A DNA stretch of 64,000 nt. Source: Candidatus Hermodarchaeota archaeon (GTDB lineage Archaea; Asgardarchaeota; Thorarchaeia; Thorarchaeales; Thorarchaeaceae). The first letter of the stretch is position 1. Each line of letters opens with the position of its first letter. The stretch spans positions 89,505 through 153,504 of the forward strand of contig JBHLLF010000004.1 of NCBI GenBank assembly GCA_048885865.1, written 5' to 3'. Below the pieces are notes generated by a model. It had not been told where the DNA came from. It saw only the letters and a list, made by a program, of their open reading frames with translations, and ran no database searches. The position numbers and the translations under genes were made by a program. Positions 37,730 through 47,282 of this stretch are shown one piece after another.

Positions 37730-38653
37730 TCATCCAAGCAAGAAGGGTAGTATCGGCACCACCGGGAGAAGGAGAAGGGTCCCTATTGTAACCGCCGTTG
37801 CTGCTGATTCTGTGTCCAGCTTTAGACCACCAGCGAAGACTACAGTAAACACTGCAGGTGGCATGAGCGCCTCAATGATAACGACCTTCGTCGCCAAATC
37901 TGAGAGGGAAAGAAGGAGAAGCAGAATACCAATCATGATTGGAACAATCAATTGCCGGACTGCTGCCACTTCCAGACCGCCTATTACATCAACCTTGGAG
38001 AATCGTGTGCCAATGCCAAGTCCAACAGTGACTAACGAGAGGTAGGTTGTGATGATTCCGTTGAATGAGAGGAGGGAAACGACTTCTGACGGCAATGTAA
38101 CTCCGACAAGCAATAGCAGAATCACGAGCAGGACAGCGATGAATGGAGGGAACTTTAGCCATTGTTCTGCCATGCTCCTCCAATTGGTACCAGTATCACT
38201 ATATCTCGAACCAATCATCGATCCGAAGCTGACTAGGAGAAGCATCTGTGTCAGCGAGAACATGATAACAAATGGCACAGCCTGTTCCCCAATGAATAGA
38301 ATTGCCAATGGGAGAGGGATGAACAGAGCATTTTGAAATGTGGAGCAGAGCAGCAGAACCCCTTTTCTCCTGTTCTCAATTGTGCTGTTTCTGAGCCGAA
38401 TATACATGATTAGCGTGCCAGAGAGATGCACAATCAATGCAGCCAAGAGGACCAGAGGAATTTCAACCAAGGTTTCTAGAGAAGAGGTGAGTAGGGAGTA
38501 AATGACAAGAATGGGTACCAGTAGGTTCACAAGAAGCGCTATCAGGTATTTGTTTACCTCTTGCCCCCGACCTGAAATCTTGGCGATGGCATAGCCTATG
38601 ACAATCGAACCATAGAAAGAGCCCAAGTTCACTAGAAGGTCGATAACCTGCAA
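37730..38653 (-). CDS. AEC (auxin efflux/malate permease) family transporter
   Basis: LVP.LV, FQNALFIPLPL, PPFIA, RQLIVP, MPPA. Confidence 0.88.
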   Translation of the reverse strand: MQVIDLLVNLGSFYGSIVIGYAIAKISGRGQEVNKYLIALLVNLLVPILVIYSLLTSSLETLVEIPLVLLAALIVHLSGTLIMYIRLRNSTIENRRKGVLLLCSTFQNALFIPLPLAILFIGEQAVPFVIMFSLTQMLLLVSFGSMIGSRYSDTGTNWRSMAEQWLKFPPFIAVLLVILLLLVGVTLPSEVVSLLSFNGIITTYLSLVTVGLGIGTRFSKVDVIGGLEVAAVRQLIVPIMIGILLLLLSLSDLATKVVIIEALMPPAVFTVVFAGGLKLDTESAATAVTIGTLLLLPVVPILPFLLG

Positions 38654-38683
38654 CTATTTTCACCCATCAGATGATTCCTGTTT

Positions 38684-40459
38684 CTAGAGTCCCAACCTCT
38701 CTAGGGTTTCCGTAGTAGGTGCTCCTGATTCTCGGTCCCATCCTCTATATTCATAGTAGTCGCTTAGTTGAATCTCCATGTCAGGCACAAAATCATCTGT
38801 GGCATAATCCGGCAATGGCTTCAATAGCGGTGCTGGAAGTCGGTCATCCTGGGGCTTGAGTCCACACTTGAGATTGAACAGGCGTTTCATTGTGACTGCC
38901 CGAGTACCTATCAACAGGACATCCTCAGTAGTTATTGTCAGCCCCGTCGCCTTGCTCACAAGTTCAAGAATTGTTTCAAATGGGACCTGCGCGAAGTGAC
39001 ACATCATTATAGAGTCAAAGAAGGCTCTGAAGTCTTGTGCACGTGCGGCTGTACTTCCTTTACCCTCGTTGTCCAATCGATCACCGGAATTGATACCAAT
39101 CTCGCGCACTTCCACACCCATGTCGACGCTGTACATGTCACCCTCTAGGTGAGTTGCACCGCGTGAGGCTGTTGCATATACTGTGGCCATTCCTCCAAAT
39201 GCTCTCGGGTCATGGTTTGGTACCTCTTGGCCCTTAACATGAATGACCAATTCAGATGCATCGTGGTTCTTCGCGAACCGTACTGAGCCCTCAGCCAACT
39301 CATCTCCAACGCCTGACCGTGCTGCAATCGCATGAACAAGCTTGATTGCCTTATCCGGATCCCCCCATTTCAGACCAAGATCCAGTTTGCCAAGGTCACA
39401 GAGATGTGTTGCGAATGCAATTGTACTACCGCAACTAATGGTGTCCAGTCCGTACTGGTTGCATAGATTGTTGATGACTGACACCTTCTTGAGGTCAGAA
39501 ACCATCAGATTGGACCCAAATGCCGCAATTGTCTGGAACTCAGGTCCTGCTACCTTTTCGAGACCGTGCTGTGGCAAGGTAATCACTCGCCCGCAAGCAA
39601 TAGGACACGAATAGCAGGCTTTTCTGCCAGTCAGGAACTCTTTCATCGCTGTAGAAGTCAATGAATCGTATTCAAACTCAGTTTCCTGGAAATACTTGAT
39701 GGGCATGTCATTGAACATCATCCCGACTTCAACGTACATAGATGTGCCTGAATCACGAAGATGATGCATAACTTCGCCTAGAATCTTTGATGATTCTCTG
39801 GCGAGACTCGTGAATCCCTCAGGATCAGCCACTTGCACTCTCTTCGAGCCTGCAATTGTGATTGCTTTCAATTTCTTCGAACCCATCACTGCCCCCAATC
39901 CACATCTAGCTGCAGCTCTCTCATCCGTCAAGATGGCAGCGAATTTGACGAGATTCTCTCCTGCAGGGCCTATACAGGCTACACGAACGCGTCCGAGTTT
40001 CTTCTTCAGAGCCTTCTGAACTTCATCCGTCTTCATGCCCCATAATTCTTCGGCGGGGGCAATCTCAGCTTCACCTTCATTGATGTGAACAACAACCGGT
40101 TCGTCAGATTTCCCCTTGATGAGGATTCCATCAAAGCCAGAGAACTTCAGATTCGCACCGAAATGTCCACCAACATGTGCTTCACCCCAGATGCCAGTCA
40201 AAGGGGATTTCCCACAGACTACAAGCCGGCCGGTGCTTGGAGCCAGGGTGCCTGTCAGAGGACCAGTCATAAACAATAGCATATTCTCTGAACCTAAAGG
40301 GTCAACAGAAGGGTCCATGATATCATGCAGGAGCTTGCTTGCATAGCCACTGCCACCGATGAATTTTGAGGCAATCTGCTCATCGATGGGAAGACGGGAT
40401 GTCGTCTTTTCTGTAAGGTCAACTACAAGTATTTGACCCATATACCCATGCATGTCCAT
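38684..40459 (-). CDS. aor: Tungsten-containing aldehyde:ferredoxin oxidoreductase family protein
   Basis: GYMGQIL.VDL, KSPLTG, CIGPAGE, GLGAVMGSKKLKA, CYSCPIAC, GPEF, GLDTIS, RGATH. Confidence 0.93.
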   Translation of the reverse strand: MDMHGYMGQILVVDLTEKTTSRLPIDEQIASKFIGGSGYASKLLHDIMDPSVDPLGSENMLLFMTGPLTGTLAPSTGRLVVCGKSPLTGIWGEAHVGGHFGANLKFSGFDGILIKGKSDEPVVVHINEGEAEIAPAEELWGMKTDEVQKALKKKLGRVRVACIGPAGENLVKFAAILTDERAAARCGLGAVMGSKKLKAITIAGSKRVQVADPEGFTSLARESSKILGEVMHHLRDSGTSMYVEVGMMFNDMPIKYFQETEFEYDSLTSTAMKEFLTGRKACYSCPIACGRVITLPQHGLEKVAGPEFQTIAAFGSNLMVSDLKKVSVINNLCNQYGLDTISCGSTIAFATHLCDLGKLDLGLKWGDPDKAIKLVHAIAARSGVGDELAEGSVRFAKNHDASELVIHVKGQEVPNHDPRAFGGMATVYATASRGATHLEGDMYSVDMGVEVREIGINSGDRLDNEGKGSTAARAQDFRAFFDSIMMCHFAQVPFETILELVSKATGLTITTEDVLLIGTRAVTMKRLFNLKCGLKPQDDRLPAPLLKPLPDYATDDFVPDMEIQLSDYYEYRGWDRESGAPTTETLERLGL

Positions 40460-40464
40460 CTCTC

Positions 40465-41103
40465 CTAGAAATCCCTCATGATTTCCCAAAGGTCCTCCTC
40501 GTCTTCGACAACATCCTCTGGAAGAGGAATGGGCTCACCAGCCCTCAGTGCCAGCAGATAGATCCGGCAGGTTCTCTCGAGAAGGATAGCATTGTCAAGG
40601 GCCTTTCTGATATTGTTCCCGCAAGTTACTGCACCATGATTAGCTATGAGCACCGCACTTCTCCGATCCATGGCTTCGACGACGTTCTTAGCCAAGTCCT
40701 TTGTACCTGGCATTGCATAGGATGTGACGCGAATCTCACCACCTAGCTTTGGAACTACCTCATCCAGTATTGGAGGAAGAGGCCTTTGGAGAACAGCTAG
40801 GGCTGTGGCATAGACGCTGTGAGAATGGACGACTGCATTTGCATCATCTCGCTGTTTATATATCTCAAGATGCGTGGGGGTTTCGATACTAGCATTACGA
40901 TCAGCTTCAATGACATCACCCTCCATATTTGCCACAACTATATCATCCATCGTCATCTTGGCGTAGGGAACTGAGCTTGGCGTTATTACAACATGCTCAT
41001 CATTCACTCGGATGCTTGCATTGCCAGCTGAGATGATGACTAGGCCCTCTCTGATCATCTCACCACAAGCCGCTAGAAGTTCCTTTTTTTCCTTCTCATA
41101 CAT
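40465..41103 (-). CDS. Class II aldolase (L-fuculose-phosphate aldolase-like)
   Basis: GNASIR, ITPS, SIETPTH, HSHS, NHG. Confidence 0.92.
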   Translation of the reverse strand: MYEKEKKELLAACGEMIREGLVIISAGNASIRVNDEHVVITPSSVPYAKMTMDDIVVANMEGDVIEADRNASIETPTHLEIYKQRDDANAVVHSHSVYATALAVLQRPLPPILDEVVPKLGGEIRVTSYAMPGTKDLAKNVVEAMDRRSAVLIANHGAVTCGNNIRKALDNAILLERTCRIYLLALRAGEPIPLPEDVVEDEEDLWEIMRDF

Positions 41104-42608
41104 TATTCGTCACTTCCTAGAGACCATATCTCTTTCCAGCGGGAGTAGTAGAAATTATACTCAGACGCCCGCTCATCAGGTATCAGTGTTGGTTGCCAAG
41201 ATACCATTGCTTCTGAGGCCTTCCTGAGGTCAGGATACCAGCCTGCTCCAACTGCAGCACAGATGGCGGCTCCGACGAGGCTGCCCTCGAACTCTATAGG
41301 ACTCATCACTGGCTTGCCTATGGCATTACTAAGAATCTGTCGCCAGACTTGCGACCTTGAGATACCACCAATTGCCTTGACAACTGGCGGATTCTTATAT
41401 TCCTGCAACTGCTCAATGTTTCCCCTTACTGCAAACGCGATGTTCTCAAGAACTGCATGAATCAGACTAGCAGAATCGAGAGGTTTGACTTGGGGCAATG
41501 CTGGCTGCGGAAAATGAAGTCGAGCCATGGGTATGTCAGCCATTCTAGTTGAGTCCATGATTCTGGGCCCTAAACCAGCAAAAACCTCGTTGCTTCCTGG
41601 GGGAATGTTCTTGAGCATCTCTGGCAAACTTTCAAAGGTCTTCTCTCTGCATCTATCAGGATTTTCGGAGAGCTCGCACAAAAGAGCAATGACCCATTCG
41701 ATATATGCCCCAGTGAGCATTGCATTACTCTCTAATGTCCACATGCCTGGAACCATATGACAAGAAGACCATAGTGTCTGTTCAGAGGAGCAGACATGGC
41801 TGTCCAATGTGAGCATCACAGGAGTTGTACTGCCTGCAATTACTGTAATCTCTCCAGGACTAGCTTGCGCGGCAAGGAGAGCACAATGTGTGTCAGAACC
41901 ACCTTGGATGACAGGCAGACCCTCAGGAAGCCCTGAATCCTTGGCTGCATTGGGCGTGATACTTCCAACAGCCTCACCAGCTTTTCTTAGGCTGGGAAGA
42001 ATGCCTTTGTCAATACCCAACGCTGAGAGTATCTCTTCACTCCAATTCTGAGCCTTAATGTCGTAGCATCCAGTAGCACTGGCTGAGGCTGGCTCTGTGA
42101 CATACTCACTGCTGAGCCTAAAAGTAATCCAGTCGTTGATTGGAAGAACGTGCGCCACAGCCTCACGAATCTCAGGCTCCTCCTCCTCAAACCAAGCCAT
42201 TCTCGCAGGAGTAAACATCATGGGAGGCCAGCAACCTGTGACCTCCAAAAACTTCTTTCCTAGAGCTTCTTCGACTACATACTGGGACATGGCGCCCCGT
42301 GCATCTATGTTTGGACCACTGTAAAGCTCCTTTCCATCAGCATCTAAGAATACTATTCCATGACGCTGACTCGTGGTGGCCACGCTTTCAATCTTTGAAG
42401 AAGGCAGTCCAGAAGCCTTCACTGCCTCCTTGGTCACTGTGCATATCAAATCCCAAAAGTGAGAGGGGTCGAACTCTTTTGCTATCTCAAGAAACTCAGG
42501 GGTTTCATATCCCCACGTCCTCCTTCCAAGACCTAAGACCTCTCCTCGTTTTCCAACAATCATACAACGAACGCCAGTCGTACCAGCATCTATCGCAGCA
42601 ACAGGCAC
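41103..42608 (-). CDS. FGGY family carbohydrate kinase (LsrK/xylulokinase-like)
   Basis: IDAGTTGVR, TTSQRHGIVFLD, NIDARG, GGSDT, GGISRS. Confidence 0.9.
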   Translation of the reverse strand: MPVAAIDAGTTGVRCMIVGKRGEVLGLGRRTWGYETPEFLEIAKEFDPSHFWDLICTVTKEAVKASGLPSSKIESVATTSQRHGIVFLDADGKELYSGPNIDARGAMSQYVVEEALGKKFLEVTGCWPPMMFTPARMAWFEEEEPEIREAVAHVLPINDWITFRLSSEYVTEPASASATGCYDIKAQNWSEEILSALGIDKGILPSLRKAGEAVGSITPNAAKDSGLPEGLPVIQGGSDTHCALLAAQASPGEITVIAGSTTPVMLTLDSHVCSSEQTLWSSCHMVPGMWTLESNAMLTGAYIEWVIALLCELSENPDRCREKTFESLPEMLKNIPPGSNEVFAGLGPRIMDSTRMADIPMARLHFPQPALPQVKPLDSASLIHAVLENIAFAVRGNIEQLQEYKNPPVVKAIGGISRSQVWRQILSNAIGKPVMSPIEFEGSLVGAAICAAVGAGWYPDLRKASEAMVSWQPTLIPDERASEYNFYYSRWKEIWSLGSDE

Positions 42609-42609
42609 T

Positions 42610-43626
42610 CTAGGTCACCCCCTTCTTCAGGACTTCAGGATTAAGCACGTTCTCTGGACGATCACCCTTGAGGATTGCTCTAATGTCCCTTGCAATCATC
42701 ATGGACTGTCGCTCAATCGTGTCAACAGTATTGCCTCCAATATGCGGAGTCACAATAACATTTTCCAATTCCAGAAACTCATTATCACAGTCCACTGGTT
42801 CCATTGAGAATACATCGAGACCAGCACCTGCAATTGATCCTGACTCCAATGCTTGACGAAGTGCATACTCATCTGTGATTGATGCACGCGCAGTGTTTAT
42901 GAAGATCGCACTCTTCTTCATCATTCCAAACTGCTCGCCTCCAAGCATTCCCTTGGTTTCATCTGTCGGCGGGCAGTGGACTGTCACTATGTCTGATTCC
43001 CTCAGAAGCTCCTCCAACGACACTTGCTTTGCATCCACTTCATTCAGTCTTTCTTGAGGCACATAGGGATCAAAGACTATAATCTCGACACCAAAGGCTT
43101 GCAGCCGCTTTGCAACTTCGTGTCCGATTTTTCCTAGACCAATGATTCCAACAGTCCTTCCATGCAGTTCGAAACCTGTTGTGGTCATGTACATGCGAGC
43201 AAAGTCAGAATAGTCATCAACCATGAAGTCATTCTTCAGTAGACGGTCCGCTGTCACGATTCGACGTGCTTGACTTAACATCAGAGTGATGGTCAGCTCG
43301 GCTACCGCAATTGTGTTTCTGCCTGGTGCTCCAATCACTGGTATGTTCTTGGCTGTAGCTGCAGAGATCGAAACATTGTTGGGATTGTCTCTGGCGGAAG
43401 CAATGATACTCAGATTTGTACCATCAATAACCTCCTCCTTCACCTCGTCACCCTCAACAATGACAATATCGTAGCCACCATCTTTGATGACGGGAAGGAG
43501 CTTGTCCCCAAGGTAAAGCTTGCCGGTTTCAAGCCAACTCTCATGTTGAACCTCTAGTCCTGCATCCTCAAGCAGTTTCAACCCCGACTCTGAGAAGGGC
43601 GCGGTGATTAGCACCTTCATGGTCAT
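42610..43626 (-). CDS. D-isomer-specific 2-hydroxyacid dehydrogenase
   Basis: PGRNTIAVAE, GIIGLGKIG, INTARA, LDVFSMEP, TPHIGG. Confidence 0.92.
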   Translation of the reverse strand: MTMKVLITAPFSESGLKLLEDAGLEVQHESWLETGKLYLGDKLLPVIKDGGYDIVIVEGDEVKEEVIDGTNLSIIASARDNPNNVSISAATAKNIPVIGAPGRNTIAVAELTITLMLSQARRIVTADRLLKNDFMVDDYSDFARMYMTTTGFELHGRTVGIIGLGKIGHEVAKRLQAFGVEIIVFDPYVPQERLNEVDAKQVSLEELLRESDIVTVHCPPTDETKGMLGGEQFGMMKKSAIFINTARASITDEYALRQALESGSIAGAGLDVFSMEPVDCDNEFLELENVIVTPHIGGNTVDTIERQSMMIARDIRAILKGDRPENVLNPEVLKKGVT

Positions 43627-43662
43627 GGTCCCCTAGATATCCAGCAGAGAGAGCGGTCTTAG

Positions 43663-43995
43663 CTACAGCATCAGCTTCTGTAGCTTGAGAAGGTCTGGAA
43701 CCTCTCCCTTGGTCTTGAGCTTCCCAGCTTGATAGGCAGCCATAGGACTCTCACTCTTGTCCATAATCTTGAGAAAGACTATCGAGTCCATAGTCACAGT
43801 CATCTCAGCTTCTACGGTTCCCTCGGCAAGCTCCACTAGCTCGGCATCGCCTATCTTCATGTACATCTGAGCATCAATGTCAGGGAAGATGAACTGGAGA
43901 GTCTTATGGAAATCCCTGAAACGCCGCTTAATCTTGGGATCTTCAAACCGCGTTCCCAGTTCTTTCAATTGCGCCAAAATCTCATCCTTAGTCAT
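43663..43995 (-). CDS. SCP2 sterol/lipid-binding domain protein
   Basis: SPMAAYQAGKLKTKG...LLKLQKL typical SCP2 C-terminus. Confidence 0.88.
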   Translation of the reverse strand: MTKDEILAQLKELGTRFEDPKIKRRFRDFHKTLQFIFPDIDAQMYMKIGDAELVELAEGTVEAEMTVTMDSIVFLKIMDKSESPMAAYQAGKLKTKGEVPDLLKLQKLML

Positions 43996-44144
43996 TCAAG
44001 CACCACCCAGAATCGCGTGCATTATGCGATATATCTTGTGCGTATATGGACTGGATTTGGACGAAAAGTGAGTTTGCCGCACAAACTGCTTTGACCGACA
44101 AAAAGATTCCATATATTATATGCATTCTATGCGCGTGTTTATCC

Positions 44145-44903
44145 ATGTCAATTACAAAATCTGAACATGCGATAAAGATAGAGAACCTGACCAAGAAGTT
44201 TGAGAAGGTCACAGCAGTTGATGACCTTAGTCTTGAAATTGGTTGGGGTGAACTCTTTGGTCTGCTTGGGCCTAATGGTGCAGGTAAGACCACTGTAATC
44301 AATATCCTGAGTACTCTACTAGAACCTACTGAAGGGGTCGCAGCGGTAGCAGATCATGATGTCGTATTTGATGCTGATGAAGTACGAAAGATAATCGGAG
44401 TCTGCCCTCAGGAACCAGCATTCTATGAACACCTCACTGGAAGAGAGAATATCGAGCTCTTTGGAGTCCTCCATGATGTACCAAGAGATGTACTGAAGGA
44501 ACGAGTCGAGAACATGCTCGAAAAAATCGGGATGGTAGAGGATGCAGACCGACATGCTGGTCAATACAGCGGTGGAATGATACGCCGGGTCAGCACAGTG
44601 ATGGCTCTCATTAGTGACCCAAGAGTTGCTCTACTTGACGAGCCTACAGTAGCCATGGATCCTGTTTCGAGGCGTGCAGTGTGGGACTTCATCCGCGAGC
44701 TGAAAAGAAACGGGAAAGCTATCATCCTGACGACTCACTACATGGAAGAAGCTGAAGAGCTCTGTGACAGGGTTGGAATCATTGACCAAGGAAAGCTCAT
44801 CGCCTTGGGCACTCCAAATGAACTGATGGAACAGCACAATGCTAAGGATCTCGAAGAGGTCTTCATCAAACTCACTGGAAAGCAACTTAGGGAGGCGGTC
44901 TAA
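44145..44903 (+). CDS. ABC-2 type exporter ATP-binding protein
   Basis: GPNGAGKT, YSGGM, LDEPT, TTHYMEEAE; ATG at 44145. Confidence 0.93.
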   Translation: MSITKSEHAIKIENLTKKFEKVTAVDDLSLEIGWGELFGLLGPNGAGKTTVINILSTLLEPTEGVAAVADHDVVFDADEVRKIIGVCPQEPAFYEHLTGRENIELFGVLHDVPRDVLKERVENMLEKIGMVEDADRHAGQYSGGMIRRVSTVMALISDPRVALLDEPTVAMDPVSRRAVWDFIRELKRNGKAIILTTHYMEEAEELCDRVGIIDQGKLIALGTPNELMEQHNAKDLEEVFIKLTGKQLREAV

Positions 44904-46064
44904 ATGGGTTTCCGACGTGTGACAGCCCTCACTAAGAAGAACGTCAAGATGTTCGTAAGACAGCCGGCGGTTCTATTCCTGCTCCTGTTATTCCCCCTAA
45001 TTGTTACTGCAACCTTTGGAATGGCCTTTGGTGGCATGGGTGAAGGGGGAGTGACCAACTTCGATGTGGGATTGCTGAATCTAGACGCTGCCACAACAGA
45101 ACCTCAATGGGCTGACAGCTTCGAAGGGAATCTTTCAGAACTTGAGGGCATCACAGTGATTCATTACGAAGCCAACGAAACTGGTCAAGCAGAGCTACTT
45201 CAAGGAAATCTTGATGCATTCATTATCATTCCTGGAGGCTTTGGTGACAGCTGCACGTCATACTGGGACTCACCATTCGACGGAAGCTCTTGGACCAATA
45301 CAACTGTCGAGCTCTACGTGGACAGTGGTTCTATGATTGCAAGCAGTGCAATTCCGCCTCTTGTGCAACAGGTTGTCTTGACGACTATGTTTGGAAGCGA
45401 AGCAACCACTCTGGACCTGCCTGTGGGAATAGGGAGGCCATCCATGGTAGACGCAAGCACCTTCTCGCAGTGGGACTTCATGGCTCCTGGGATATTTGCC
45501 TTTGCTAGCATCTTCATGATAATGATAGTTGCACAGTCATTGACGGGAGAACGAGATGGTGGACTGCTGAAGAGGATGGGTACGACTCCACTAAAGTCAC
45601 ATGAGTTCATGTTGAGTTATGTGATTTCGTACATGATTATTGCAGTCGTCCAAGTTCTTCTTGTGTTCACCACGTCATATGCAATAGGCTATCGACCTGC
45701 CACTGATGTCAGTGGATTGGCATTTGCTTTTGCGATGTTGCTCGCCTTCTCTCTTGTAAACGTCGGCTTTGGCCTGATTGCAGCCACTATCTCCAAGTCA
45801 GCCGAAATAGCCTCTGGTATATCGTTCGTATTCATCATGCCACAGATGTTTCTGGGCACTTTCATGCCTCTTGCTGGAGCGACTGAAGTCATTGCACAGT
45901 TCATGCCAAGCAATTATGTGACTGAGGCCTTGACGACCCTGTTCCTACGTGGAGCTTCTGTAACGACTGTTTCTATCTGGACGGATCTGGCTCTGGTGTC
46001 AATCATTGGCGTCGTGCTCCTTCTTATCGGTATAGCCCTCTTTCGTCGATTTGGAACAAGGTAG
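44904..46064 (+). CDS. ABC-2 type exporter permease
   Basis: One N-terminal TM helix, extracellular domain, ERDGGLLKRMGTTP, then 5 TM helices. Confidence 0.92.
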   Translation: MGFRRVTALTKKNVKMFVRQPAVLFLLLLFPLIVTATFGMAFGGMGEGGVTNFDVGLLNLDAATTEPQWADSFEGNLSELEGITVIHYEANETGQAELLQGNLDAFIIIPGGFGDSCTSYWDSPFDGSSWTNTTVELYVDSGSMIASSAIPPLVQQVVLTTMFGSEATTLDLPVGIGRPSMVDASTFSQWDFMAPGIFAFASIFMIMIVAQSLTGERDGGLLKRMGTTPLKSHEFMLSYVISYMIIAVVQVLLVFTTSYAIGYRPATDVSGLAFAFAMLLAFSLVNVGFGLIAATISKSAEIASGISFVFIMPQMFLGTFMPLAGATEVIAQFMPSNYVTEALTTLFLRGASVTTVSIWTDLALVSIIGVVLLLIGIALFRRFGTR

Positions 46065-46187
46065 ACATCTGGTTAGAGAAGGGATTAGAGTCCCTTCTCA
46101 TTCCTTTTTTCATATTTCCCGCAATCAAAGAGTAGTCTTTATCAGGAAGAAGTCGGAAGTGCGTTCTTTGTGGAGAGGATGTGAGAA

Positions 46188-47264
46188 ATGGCTTCTGAAG
46201 ACCAATCAATAAAAACTGAACCGGCCCCACCTGAAAGGAAATCTAGAGCGGCATACATCCTTTGGATTGGAGGAATCGCATTCGCATTTGGATTCACTTT
46301 TCTAATCTGGTTCTTTGGTCCCCTTCTTGATCGATTTGTATTGGGTCCAGACCAAGGTCCTGCATGGTACTACTGGCAGCTCCCCTCCCCTGATGCAATT
46401 GCCCAGTTCATAGTATGGACCTTCTATCTCGCCCATCAGTTTGTTGTCTGGTTTACGATTTATTGGGCGCAGAAGAACCTGATAGAACAGAAGACAAGGC
46501 CCACAACATCATTGACCAGGTACAACTGGGCCATGGTTGTTATCAGTGTCTTCTTTGTAACACTGCATCTTATTCAAACCCATATTTGGTTCGATGGACT
46601 AGCCCAGGACGTTCCCATTTGGACCAGTCAGGGCTCAGTCATTATAATGTTAGTTCTCATCCTTGTAATTGAGAATCCCAGACGAGGCATATTTCTTGGA
46701 AAGCGGGCTGGGAAGCCATTTACTGCACGCGTGTCAGGTCTTGTGCGGCGCATACACATGTACCCAATTGCATGGGCGCTTGTTTACACATTCTGGTTCC
46801 ATCCAATGTTCTATGACCCACAGCTAGTAACAGGCTTCTTCTACATGTTCCTTCTGTTCACACAGATGACGGTGGCGTACACGTCTGTGCATATTGATAA
46901 GAGGTGGGTTATCACTGTTGAGGGCTTTGTTGGCGTCCATGCTTTGGTAGTCGCGATATTCAACACATTGGACCACGGAAGCACAGACATGTGGGCAATG
47001 TTCCTGTCTGGATTCGTGTTCATGTGGGTCTTCACGTACATGTACGCTCTGAATGTTAGAAGAGAAGTGAAAGCTCTTGTCACACTGCTTTACTTCGTAT
47101 TCCTAGCTTGGATCTACATCCCCGTACCATTTGGATATGGAAGAGATATTTCGTATCTGTTGCGATTTGAGATGCTGTGGATACCTATCATCTTGTATCT
47201 CCTAGCTGCGGTTGTGGCAGGAATTGGCTATGTCTACCTGAAGGCTACCAAAAAGACGGAATAA
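46188..47264 (+). CDS. Polytopic membrane protein with intramembrane histidines
   Basis: About 10 TM helices; LAHQ, LHLIQTH, WFHP, GVHA. Confidence 0.75.
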   Translation: MASEDQSIKTEPAPPERKSRAAYILWIGGIAFAFGFTFLIWFFGPLLDRFVLGPDQGPAWYYWQLPSPDAIAQFIVWTFYLAHQFVVWFTIYWAQKNLIEQKTRPTTSLTRYNWAMVVISVFFVTLHLIQTHIWFDGLAQDVPIWTSQGSVIIMLVLILVIENPRRGIFLGKRAGKPFTARVSGLVRRIHMYPIAWALVYTFWFHPMFYDPQLVTGFFYMFLLFTQMTVAYTSVHIDKRWVITVEGFVGVHALVVAIFNTLDHGSTDMWAMFLSGFVFMWVFTYMYALNVRREVKALVTLLYFVFLAWIYIPVPFGYGRDISYLLRFEMLWIPIILYLLAAVVAGIGYVYLKATKKTE

Positions 47265-47282
47265 GGAACCTCCCGCTGCCAT

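Noticed and set aside
40465-41103. Aldolase/adducin-family gene as a cytoskeletal adducin
   Set aside because: It retains the catalytic Glu and Zn-binding His residues and sits in a sugar-kinase operon, so it is a metabolic aldolase
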